From NCBI GenBank assembly GCA_963422735.1, contig OY730476.1:1344001-1408000 (forward strand): a stretch of 64,000 nucleotides of DNA. The letters are read 5' to 3'. The notes under the pieces were generated by a model. That model did no database searches and was not told the DNA's origin. It was given only the letters and a program-made list of their open reading frames with translations. The position numbers and the translations under genes were made by a program. Position 1 is the stretch's first letter. The number at the start of each line of letters is the position of its first letter. This document shows, piece by piece, positions 22,433 to 30,984 of this stretch. Source of the stretch: Candidatus Latescibacterota bacterium. GTDB taxonomy: Bacteria; Latescibacterota; UBA2968; UBA8231.

Positions 22433-23680
22433 ATGAACATCATACCCGATCTTCAATTTCGCGGCTTGATCTACCAAGTCACCGATCTCGACGGCCTCGC
22501 CGAGCGCCTCGCCGCCGGTCCGATCGCGCTCTACAATGGCTTCGACCCGACCGCCGACAGCCTGACGGTGGGCAACCTCGTGCCGATCCTGCTCCTGCGC
22601 CGCTTCCAGCTCGCCGGCCACAAGATCATTGCCTTGGCCGGCGGCGGCACTGGTCTGATCGGCGATCCAGGGGGCAAGACCGAGGAGCGTCAGCTCAATG
22701 CCACCGACGTCGTGGCCGAGTGGACTCAGCAGGTCAAAGCCCAGCTAGAGCGCTTCCTCGAATTCGACGGCCCCAACCCCGCGACCATGGTCGATAATTA
22801 CGACTGGCTCGGCCAACTCGCAGCCATCGACTTTATGCGCACGGTCGGCAAGCACTTTCCCGTCCCCTACATGCTGGCCAAGGACTCGGTCGCCTCGCGC
22901 CTAGCAACGGGTATCTCCTATACCGAGTTCAGCTACATGGTGCTACAGGCGTATGACTTCTTGGTCCTCAACGAAAAATACGGCTGCGAGTTGCAGACCG
23001 GCGGCTCTGACCAGTGGGGCAATATCACCGCCGGCACCGATCTGATCCGCCGCTCCGCAGGTAGCCGGGCCTTTGGCCTGACCTGCCCGCTAGTGACCAA
23101 AGCAGACGGCACCAAATTCGGCAAGACCGAGGCGGGCACGGTCTGGCTCGACGCCGCTAAGACCTCGGCCTACCAGTTTTACCAGTTCTGGATCAACGCC
23201 GAGGACCAGAAGGTTGTCGACTACCTGAAAACGTACACCTTCCTAGAGCAGGACGAGATCCTCCAGCTCGCCCAAACCGTCCGCAACCAGCCCGAACGAC
23301 GCGAGGCCCAGCGCACCCTCGCCGCCGAAGTAACGGCCCTAGTACATGGAGCCGATGCGACGCGCCGGGCCGAAAACATCTCGCACGCACTTTTTTACGG
23401 AGTGTTTCAGGACCTATCCGAGGACGAAATCCTCGAAGGCTTTGACGACGTGCCAACGCACGCGATGGGTCAGGAGGAACTGGGGCTGGTCGATTTGCTC
23501 GTCGCGGCCGGCGTCTCTCCCTCCAAGCGCCAAGCCCGCCAAGATGTGCAAAACGGCTCAATATATATCAACGGCGAGCGCTGCACGGACATGGCGCGGA
23601 GAATGCAGCACCGACATGGCCTACACGGCAAATACCTGATCGTGCGCCGGGGCAAGAAGCAGTACACCCTCGTCTGCTAG
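22433..23680 (+). CDS. tyrS: Tyrosine--tRNA ligase
   Basis: GFDPTADSL, QAYDF, GGSDQWGNI, KFGKT, C-terminal S4 domain. Confidence 0.97.
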   Translation: MNIIPDLQFRGLIYQVTDLDGLAERLAAGPIALYNGFDPTADSLTVGNLVPILLLRRFQLAGHKIIALAGGGTGLIGDPGGKTEERQLNATDVVAEWTQQVKAQLERFLEFDGPNPATMVDNYDWLGQLAAIDFMRTVGKHFPVPYMLAKDSVASRLATGISYTEFSYMVLQAYDFLVLNEKYGCELQTGGSDQWGNITAGTDLIRRSAGSRAFGLTCPLVTKADGTKFGKTEAGTVWLDAAKTSAYQFYQFWINAEDQKVVDYLKTYTFLEQDEILQLAQTVRNQPERREAQRTLAAEVTALVHGADATRRAENISHALFYGVFQDLSEDEILEGFDDVPTHAMGQEELGLVDLLVAAGVSPSKRQARQDVQNGSIYINGERCTDMARRMQHRHGLHGKYLIVRRGKKQYTLVC

Positions 23681-24145
23681 CTACTCAGGTCGCAAGAGCA
23701 CTAGAAATTGCGCAAAGTCCCGCGCAAAATCGCGCTGGATTCGCGCTGCTTTAGCCGCCAAGTCCGCCACCTTATCGGGATCCAAATCTGCGGCGTACGC
23801 GTGGCGGAACAGATGGCGGAAGCGCCGCAATTCATCTAGGTCGGAAGCGGTTTCTGCAGACAGGAGCGCCGGGCGGATGCCTTGGATTTCTAGCTGCATT
23901 CGCCTAATCATATCCGCGTGATACCTTGCTTCGTCAATTTGGTTCTCAAAGAACCGCGCTACTTCCTCAAACAACTGCTCAAACGCGCCGTAGAGATTGT
24001 GGAGCTGGTATCCCATGCTGTCCACCCCTTCGGCACTATGGGCAAACGTGCTCAGGCGTTCCTCGATGCGACCGCCGATGCGGCTGATGTCCCGAGAACG
24101 CGTGCGCAACTCCGCTTCGAGGACTGCGAAGGCCCCTTTATTCAT
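23681..24145 (-). CDS. HEPN-family (HepT-like) ribonuclease toxin
   Basis: RHLFRHAY (R-X4-H) motif; overlaps the MNT gene. Confidence 0.8.
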   Translation of the reverse strand: MNKGAFAVLEAELRTRSRDISRIGGRIEERLSTFAHSAEGVDSMGYQLHNLYGAFEQLFEEVARFFENQIDEARYHADMIRRMQLEIQGIRPALLSAETASDLDELRRFRHLFRHAYAADLDPDKVADLAAKAARIQRDFARDFAQFLVLLRPE

Positions 24146-24476
24146 ACAACTTGACTCCAGACTGGACAAAGGCTTCGGGGGAAGGATGTCGGTCGAGGTC
24201 AATTACGTCCACCATTCTGCCGGTAGCGTCCTCCAGCGCTTTCATTATTGTGAGCACAACAGGTGAGCAGCCTCCCACGGCCACGTCAATGTCGGACGAC
24301 TCCCGCCAAGAATCAGGTGATCGCAGTGAGCCGACAATGTACGCGGCCTCGATTCCGAGCGGCTGCCGCAGTTCCAACAGGATGCGACGCACACAGTCGA
24401 GCAACTCGGCTTGCTCTGCCGCCAGCCTCTGGCGTCGCGCTCTTATGGCCTCGTCGAAGATGCTGGTGTCGAACAT
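24138..24476 (-). CDS. Minimal nucleotidyltransferase antitoxin (MNT)
   Basis: IVGS...SDIDVAV...VDVIDLD. Confidence 0.8.
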   Translation of the reverse strand: MFDTSIFDEAIRARRQRLAAEQAELLDCVRRILLELRQPLGIEAAYIVGSLRSPDSWRESSDIDVAVGGCSPVVLTIMKALEDATGRMVDVIDLDRHPSPEAFVQSGVKLYE

Positions 24477-24493
24477 ACTTTCGCCGCTTGGGT

Positions 24494-26287
24494 TTACTCC
24501 CACTCCACCGTGCCCGGCGGCTTGTGGGTAATGTCGTAGAAGACCGCCTCAATCCCCGCTAGTGCCAACAGCCGCTTGCACACGTCGTCCAAAAACCCCT
24601 GTGGCAACGGACAAAAGCGTGCGGTCATAAAGTCGGAAGTTGCTATCGGCCGCAGCACCACGCTCTCTTGGACCCCATCCGACGACAGCGGCAAAAGCAC
24701 CGTCGGCATCTGGGTTACTTCCTCCATCAGCCCAAAGCACTCCAACGCCTCCATGCTGATGGCATCGGCCTGGCGCAGGAGATCGAGCCGGTCGCGGGTC
24801 AAATACCCCGCTTTGAGGTTTTGCTGCGGTCGCGATGGTGGCCCCAGCAGGTAGATCACCCGATTGATCGACGAGAAGTGATTGGTCAGCTCGGTAGAAA
24901 GCGCCTCTAGCGTCTTCCACTCGCTCTGACCGGAGACCACCGCCGGATGCGCGTAGGTCCGCGCATCGCCCTGTACGCCGACGCTGCGCAACGGCAGCAC
25001 ATCGAGTGCCAAACCGAATGTCGCCGCCACCTTCTGCGCCTCGGCGACCGTATCGAGTGCTAAATTCTCCGCCCTCGGCCCCTCGCTGCACAAGACCCGG
25101 ACCGCCAACCCCGGCCCTGGGAACGGGTGCCGCCAGACCAAGTGGTGCGGCAAGCCGAGCGTTTCGCCCAAAGTGCGCGCCTCGTCCTTGTAGAGCTGAT
25201 CTAGCGGCTCGATGACTTTGCCCTCGGCCAAGAGCTGATCGATGACGCCGACGCGATTGTGGTGCGTCTTGATCACCGCTGCGTTTTCCGTGCCGCCGGA
25301 CTCGATGGTATCCGTGTAGAGCGTCCCCTGGCCCAACAGCCACTCGTCCGGATCCAGTGCCAATGCCGCCAGCGCGCGGTCCCGGACGCGGATGAACTCC
25401 TCGCCGATCCGCCGCCGCTTTTCCTCCGGGTCGGCAATCCCCTCGGTGGCGGCGAGGAATTCCGCGCTGGCATCAACGACTTCCAGATTGTGCAGACCCG
25501 CCTCCTTCATCAGCCGCTCGACCAGCGCGGTCTCGCCCTCGCGCATAAAGCCGTTGTCAATGTGCAAACCCAGCACCCGCTCTGCGCCCAAGGCGCGGTT
25601 GAGCAGGAGGAACGCCACCGACGAATCGACCCCACCGCTGACGAACAAAAAGACATTGCGCCCCTTCGCTTGCTCTTGGATCCGCTCTATCGCCTGCTCG
25701 GTGTAGCGCTCCATTGTCCAGTTTTGCTCTGCGCCACAGAGTGCGGCGAAGTTATCGAGGATTTCCATGCCCCGGACGGTGTGCGTTACTTCTGGATGGA
25801 ATTGCAAGCCGTATATCTTGCGCTCGGCATCGCCCATTGCCGCCACCGGGCAGTCCTCGGTCGCGCCTAAGACGGCAAACCCGGGCGGCAGAGCTGCGAC
25901 GTGGTCGCGATGACTCATCCACACCCGCTCGCGTGCATCCAATCCGGCCAGCACACCCGCTGCCTTGTGGACGTGCAGATAGGCCGCGCCAAACTCGTGA
26001 GTCGCTCCCCGCTCAACTTGGCCGCCTAGGCGGTGGCAGAGCAGTTGATGGCCGTAGCACAAGCCCAGCATCGGCTTGCCCATCACCAAAATCTCGGGAT
26101 TGTACACCGGGGCTTCTGGGTCATAGACGCTGGCTGGGCCGCCCGACAGAATCAGCCCGTCGGCGTCCTGCAAATCGGCGACCGCAGTCTCTGGCGAGCG
26201 GATCTCAGCGTGAACGCGGAGGCGGCGAATGCGATTGGCGATCAAGTGGGCGTACTGCCCGCCGAAGTCGAGAACGACGATGCTCAA
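24494..26287 (-). CDS. guaA: GMP synthase (glutamine-hydrolysing)
   Basis: DFGGQY, GLCYGHQ, QFHPEV, SGGVDS, IKTHHN, KPPGTVEWE. Confidence 0.97.
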   Translation of the reverse strand: MSIVVLDFGGQYAHLIANRIRRLRVHAEIRSPETAVADLQDADGLILSGGPASVYDPEAPVYNPEILVMGKPMLGLCYGHQLLCHRLGGQVERGATHEFGAAYLHVHKAAGVLAGLDARERVWMSHRDHVAALPPGFAVLGATEDCPVAAMGDAERKIYGLQFHPEVTHTVRGMEILDNFAALCGAEQNWTMERYTEQAIERIQEQAKGRNVFLFVSGGVDSSVAFLLLNRALGAERVLGLHIDNGFMREGETALVERLMKEAGLHNLEVVDASAEFLAATEGIADPEEKRRRIGEEFIRVRDRALAALALDPDEWLLGQGTLYTDTIESGGTENAAVIKTHHNRVGVIDQLLAEGKVIEPLDQLYKDEARTLGETLGLPHHLVWRHPFPGPGLAVRVLCSEGPRAENLALDTVAEAQKVAATFGLALDVLPLRSVGVQGDARTYAHPAVVSGQSEWKTLEALSTELTNHFSSINRVIYLLGPPSRPQQNLKAGYLTRDRLDLLRQADAISMEALECFGLMEEVTQMPTVLLPLSSDGVQESVVLRPIATSDFMTARFCPLPQGFLDDVCKRLLALAGIEAVFYDITHKPPGTVEWE

Positions 26288-26329
26288 GAGGAATCTCCAG
26301 TGAACGAGGGAGACGGCCGTGAATTACAA

Positions 26330-26768
26330 CGATTGTAAATGTGTAAAATTCAATGCTGCCTATCCTTTTGCAAAAGCTGCCCTAAACAACTCCAAATCCA
26401 CGGTGCCTCAGAGATGACTTCCAAGAGCGCGGCGTCGGTCAATCCAAGTCGCACGAATGCGTTGTTGCAGGAGGCAGTCTTACTCGCAACGACGATCTCC
26501 TCGTTTTTTTGATGATGCGGCGGAGTACCGCGAAAAACTGGGAACGTTCTGGGTTCGGATGTTGAGCGAGTAGATTGGAGGCTTCAGTTAACGTGTTTGG
26601 TGTCAAGAATACCTGACCAGCTTGCTCAATTAGCTCGAGCAAACGCCCGCAATCTTCCACTATGAACCTGCGCAATCGACGATGCTTGGGAATCAACGTC
26701 TGATCGGTCTTACCCACAACGAGCAGCACGAGCAAGTTGGCGTCTATGAATATTCCTTTCAAGGCCAT
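26330..26768 (-). pseudogene. PIN-domain protein, frameshifted
   Basis: IFIDANLL, TPNTLTEASNL; GLTDAALL continues in another frame after an A run near 26505. Confidence 0.7.
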
Positions 26769-26772
26769 GACT

Positions 26773-27063
26773 TCAATTATGGTCGACTAGATCTCGGTTC
26801 ATAACGGATATGACGTGACCGTCACTTACGCGAACGATCTTGTAGGGGCACCGTGTTAAAGGTGGTGGCGGTTTTGATACTTCAAGCATAGAAAAGAGAG
26901 GCTTAGGCAAACCCCAAGACCGATAGAAACCGATAGTTCTGCTCCAAACGCCCGATAAGTCATCGAACTCAACCTCTTCAAGACCGACATATTCCACACC
27001 TTCATCAGCGAAGAGATTGGCAATGTATTCTCGCGCTGTCCGTGCGGCTTCCTTCGCGTCCAT
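26773..27063 (-). CDS. Hypothetical protein, putative partner of the PIN gene
   Basis: AGAGG RBS; MDAKEAARTAREYIANLF...LEEVEFD; same-strand pair with the PIN gene. Confidence 0.6.
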   Translation of the reverse strand: MDAKEAARTAREYIANLFADEGVEYVGLEEVEFDDLSGVWSRTIGFYRSWGLPKPLFSMLEVSKPPPPLTRCPYKIVRVSDGHVISVMNRDLVDHN

Positions 27064-27294
27064 TAATGGGCCTCTTTTTTTCGGTAGTCCTAGGTGTTGG
27101 CTGGTTTTGATTAGAGGAAATACCTTTGGCGACGGCACCGCGACAAGCTCGTAAAGTGTTTACATCCGCCCTTTTAGCCCAGTGGTAAGCGGTACGTAAA
27201 GGGGATTTCAGCGCAGAGTCAAGGCTTGTCACTGTTTTCGCTTCCTAGTCGGGCTGATAGGACGCGAACACGCCGCCGGACTATATTTGGTCGC

Positions 27295-28596
27295 ATGACC
27301 TCGGCGCATCCACCCACCCCATCCGAACGCCTGCGTCCCGAACTGGGGTTAATCGGCACCATCGCCCTCGGCTTGGGTTCGATCGTCGGCACCGGCGTCT
27401 TTGTCAGCATTGGCATTGGCGCTGGCATCGCCGGACCGGCGGTCCTAGTCGCCATTGCCATCGCCGCGCTAGTCGCTCTCTGCAACGGCCTGTCCAGTGC
27501 CCAGCTAGCCGCCAGCCATCCGCTCAGCGGCGGCACGTACCAATATGGCTATGAGTACGCTTCACCAGCCCTCGGCTTTACTGCCGGGTGGATGTTCCTT
27601 TGCGCCAAGAGCGCGACCGCGGCCACCGCGGCGATGGGGCTGGCCGGCTATCTGCTCAACGCACTGGATCAGGCCGCATTAATTACCCCAGTCGCCTTGG
27701 CTGCCGTGCTGGTGCTCACCCTCATCGCCCTCTTGGGCATCAACCGCACCAACAAGGTCAACATCGCCATTGTCGCCGCGACGCTTTGCTCGCTGCTCGT
27801 CTTCATCGTCGCCGGCGCACCCAGCGCTCTGCACAACCTGCACCTGACCCCTTTCTTGGGGGACGACGGCTGGTTGGCTCTGTTGCAAGCCAGCACCCTG
27901 ATGTTCGTCGCCTATACAGGCTACGGTCGCATCGCTACGCTTGGCGAAGAAGTGCGCCAACCTCGCAAGACGATCCCCCGCGCCATCGTCGCCTCGCTGC
28001 TCATCGCCATGATGCTCTACCTCGGCGTCGGTGCCGTCGCCATAGCTGCCGTAGGGTCGGAGGCGTTCTACGCGGCCACCATGGACAAGGCCGCGCCCCT
28101 AAAGGTCATCTCCCGGACCTTTGGCGCACCCGGCATCTCCTCGATTTTGGCCTTGGGGGCGATCACTGCTATGGCCGGGGTACTCCTCAACCTAATCCTC
28201 GGTCTGTCGCGGGTCCTGCTGGCTATGGGCCGCCGAGGGGATATGCCCCGGGCGTTTGCCCGCCTCAATCGGGACCAGACCACACCTTCTATTGCCGTGG
28301 TAGTCGTCGGGCTGGCCATCGCCGGGCTAGTCCTCGTGGGCAACATCAAGACCACTTGGTCCTTTAGCGCCTTCTCCATTCTGGTCTATTACGCCATCAC
28401 CAACTTCTGCTCCCTGCGCTTGCCGGCCGACAAGCGGCTCTATCCCCGGTGGGTGGCCTTAGTCGGCCTAGTCGCCTGCCTAGGGCTGGCATTCTTTGTC
28501 GAGCGCACGATCTGGCTCAGCGGATTGGGACTGCTCTTGCTCGGCTGGTGTTGGCACCGCGTGGCACCGCACCGCATGATGAAAGCCCGAACTTAA
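27295..28596 (+). CDS. APC-family amino acid permease
   Basis: GSIVGTGVF, GGTY, FVAYTGY; about 12 TM segments. Confidence 0.92.
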   Translation: MTSAHPPTPSERLRPELGLIGTIALGLGSIVGTGVFVSIGIGAGIAGPAVLVAIAIAALVALCNGLSSAQLAASHPLSGGTYQYGYEYASPALGFTAGWMFLCAKSATAATAAMGLAGYLLNALDQAALITPVALAAVLVLTLIALLGINRTNKVNIAIVAATLCSLLVFIVAGAPSALHNLHLTPFLGDDGWLALLQASTLMFVAYTGYGRIATLGEEVRQPRKTIPRAIVASLLIAMMLYLGVGAVAIAAVGSEAFYAATMDKAAPLKVISRTFGAPGISSILALGAITAMAGVLLNLILGLSRVLLAMGRRGDMPRAFARLNRDQTTPSIAVVVVGLAIAGLVLVGNIKTTWSFSAFSILVYYAITNFCSLRLPADKRLYPRWVALVGLVACLGLAFFVERTIWLSGLGLLLLGWCWHRVAPHRMMKART

Positions 28597-28814
28597 GAAA
28601 AGGAACTGCACCGATCTCAGATCCCACTACTTAGCCCAATCAATATCGATGTCAGAAGTGTATGAGTATTTATATTCATACACAGCAAAATAAGTAGATT
28701 GCTCTCTGAGGATAAAGTGAGATTGTACTTACATTTTAGAGTACGATTTTCATTTTTCGAGAATAAGGAGAATCCACAAGTGAACCCCACTTCCTGATGG
28801 GAGTGTGATAACTA

Positions 28815-29366
28815 CTATTCTGGCATATTGACACTTATCGTAAAGAGGCTATCGCTAGTAGAATCGCGTTTGTTGGCTTTTATATTTTTATCCTTTGCCT
28901 TAGACAATGCGACACGCATTCCATCAATCAAGCGCGTCGCCTTTTCTAATTCTTTTTCAATGCCTACTAATTCTCTTAGCATTTCCATTCGACCTTTCTT
29001 GGTGTGAAATTTTTCTGTCTCTCGAAAGAAGCGGTGAATCAGGAAATTTCTTTTTTGAAGGGCATTGTCCAAGCACTGCTCAATGGTATTATCATGGATC
29101 GCTACATGTTTTCTTAATTCCTTAAGTAATGCTCCGCTCGTTTTTTGCTCGATCTTTGTCTCAATATTCTCAAAATCCTGTAGAGTTAAAGATTTTTTGA
29201 AAATTTTATGGTAAACTAGCAGAAACTTGCCAAGTGCATCTTCAAAAAAATAACTATGCTGAGCCGCTGACCCAAAACATGCAAAAACAGCATTGAGCTG
29301 ACCTTCCTCGGATTCTAACATTCTAATTGACTCGCTCGTGTACCCTTTTTCCCTAAATGTATTCAT
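28815..29366 (-). CDS. Hypothetical protein in an AT-rich insert
   Basis: 183-aa ORF with GGAG RBS; visibly AT-rich; RNFLIH (HEPN-like R-X4-H). Confidence 0.6.
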   Translation of the reverse strand: MNTFREKGYTSESIRMLESEEGQLNAVFACFGSAAQHSYFFEDALGKFLLVYHKIFKKSLTLQDFENIETKIEQKTSGALLKELRKHVAIHDNTIEQCLDNALQKRNFLIHRFFRETEKFHTKKGRMEMLRELVGIEKELEKATRLIDGMRVALSKAKDKNIKANKRDSTSDSLFTISVNMPE

Positions 29367-29451
29367 TTCTTTAATCCATGAGATGACTCCCCTTATGAGT
29401 AAACGTTAATAATGAACAGCAAGGGGATTCACAAGCCATTTGATCCCTCTG

Positions 29452-30984
29452 CTAACGACTAAGCAGCGTCGGTCGCTGCCAGCGGACATCGTCGCACGCG
29501 GGATGGTCGCGGTTGTAGTGGACGCCGCGGCTTTCCAAACGCTGCCGTGCCGAGCGGGCAATAAGCTGAGCCACGGTCGCCAAGTTGCGTAGCTGTACAA
29601 GCTCGGCATCGAGCCGGTGCTCGCTGTACAAAGCTCCAATTTCTCGCGCCATCCGCTCGGTCTCCTCACAAGCCCGCTGCAAGCCTCGGTCGCTGCGTAC
29701 GATCCCCACTTCGTCCCACATCAAGTGCCGCAGCAACTCCCGCCGCTCCTCCAGCGCATCGTGCGCAACGGCATCGCCCGCATGCGCCATCTCGAACCGG
29801 CCCGCCACCACGGGCGCGACTGTCCTAACGTGCTCGACAGCCCGCCGCGCAAAGACCAACCCTTCCAACAGCGAATTGCTCGCCAGCCGGTTGGCCCCCT
29901 GGAACCCGCTCATCGCCACCTCGCCGGCCGCGTATAGGCCCGCGATATCCGTCTGGCCGTGTGCATCCGTCCACACCCCACCGCAGCTATAGTGAGCCGC
30001 GGGTACCACCGGGATCGGCGTCTCGGTCATGTCCACGCCTATCCCCAGACAATGCTGATAGATGTTGGGGAAGCGGCGGCGGGTCTGGGCGGCGTCTTGG
30101 CCAGTGGCGTCCAAATAGACGCACGCGGCACCGCTTTGCTGCATCTGCGCGACAATGGCCCGCGAGACCACATCGCGCGTCTGCAACGGGTCGGTGAAGG
30201 CCGCGCCGCGCTCGTCGATCAGCACGGCACCAAACCCGCGCAAAGCCTCAGTAATCAGGAACGAGGGCCGCCCCGGATCGTAGAGCATGGTCGGGTGGAA
30301 CTGCATAAACTCCATGTTGCCCACCATAGCTCCGGCTCGCCAAGCCATGGCGATCCCATCGCCGGAAGCCACGCACGGGTTGGTGGTGTGCAAAAAAACC
30401 TGCCCGCAGCCGCCTGTGGCCAGCAGCGTAACCGGCGCGAAGGCGGCGATGGGCGCGGCTTGCTCTGAGTCCAATACCCAAGCTCCATAGCAACGCCGTT
30501 GATCGTCCACGATCAGGTCCACGGCCAAATGGTGATCGTACAGGGACACCTGCGGCAGGGCTTGCACGGCCGCGACCAAGGCGCGCGTCACCTCGCGACC
30601 GGTCATGTCGTCCGCATGCACGACCCGCGCATGCGCGTGGCCCCCTTCGCGCCCCAACGCCAACACCCCGGGCCGCGCTTGGTTGAACTGCGCACCAATC
30701 GCCAACAGCTCGTCCACTACCTCCGGCCCTTCGGCTACCACCCCCTCGACGACCGCGCGGTCGCACAGGCCAGCGCCCGCCGCGAGCGTGTCCTGCGCGT
30801 GGCGGGCGACCGAATCGGCCGCATCCATGGCCGCGGCAATGCCGCCTTGCGCGTACTGGGTATTGGACTCGCCCCGCTCGCGCTTGGTCACCACGGCCAC
30901 GGACCCGTGCTGAGCGGCTTTGAGAGCAAAGAACAAACCAGCAATACCGCTGCCGAGAACGAGATAATCCGCCTCGATTTTCAT
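29452..30984 (-). CDS. nadB: L-aspartate oxidase
   Basis: GSGIAG, AQGGIA, QFHPT, TEALRG, AHYSCGG, GANRLASNSLLE. Confidence 0.95.
   Translation of the reverse strand: MKIEADYLVLGSGIAGLFFALKAAQHGSVAVVTKRERGESNTQYAQGGIAAAMDAADSVARHAQDTLAAGAGLCDRAVVEGVVAEGPEVVDELLAIGAQFNQARPGVLALGREGGHAHARVVHADDMTGREVTRALVAAVQALPQVSLYDHHLAVDLIVDDQRRCYGAWVLDSEQAAPIAAFAPVTLLATGGCGQVFLHTTNPCVASGDGIAMAWRAGAMVGNMEFMQFHPTMLYDPGRPSFLITEALRGFGAVLIDERGAAFTDPLQTRDVVSRAIVAQMQQSGAACVYLDATGQDAAQTRRRFPNIYQHCLGIGVDMTETPIPVVPAAHYSCGGVWTDAHGQTDIAGLYAAGEVAMSGFQGANRLASNSLLEGLVFARRAVEHVRTVAPVVAGRFEMAHAGDAVAHDALEERRELLRHLMWDEVGIVRSDRGLQRACEETERMAREIGALYSEHRLDAELVQLRNLATVAQLIARSARQRLESRGVHYNRDHPACDDVRWQRPTLLSR

Noticed and set aside
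26288-26440. Purine riboswitch upstream of guaA
   Set aside because: The sequence is the decayed 3' end of the PIN gene and has no riboswitch consensus.
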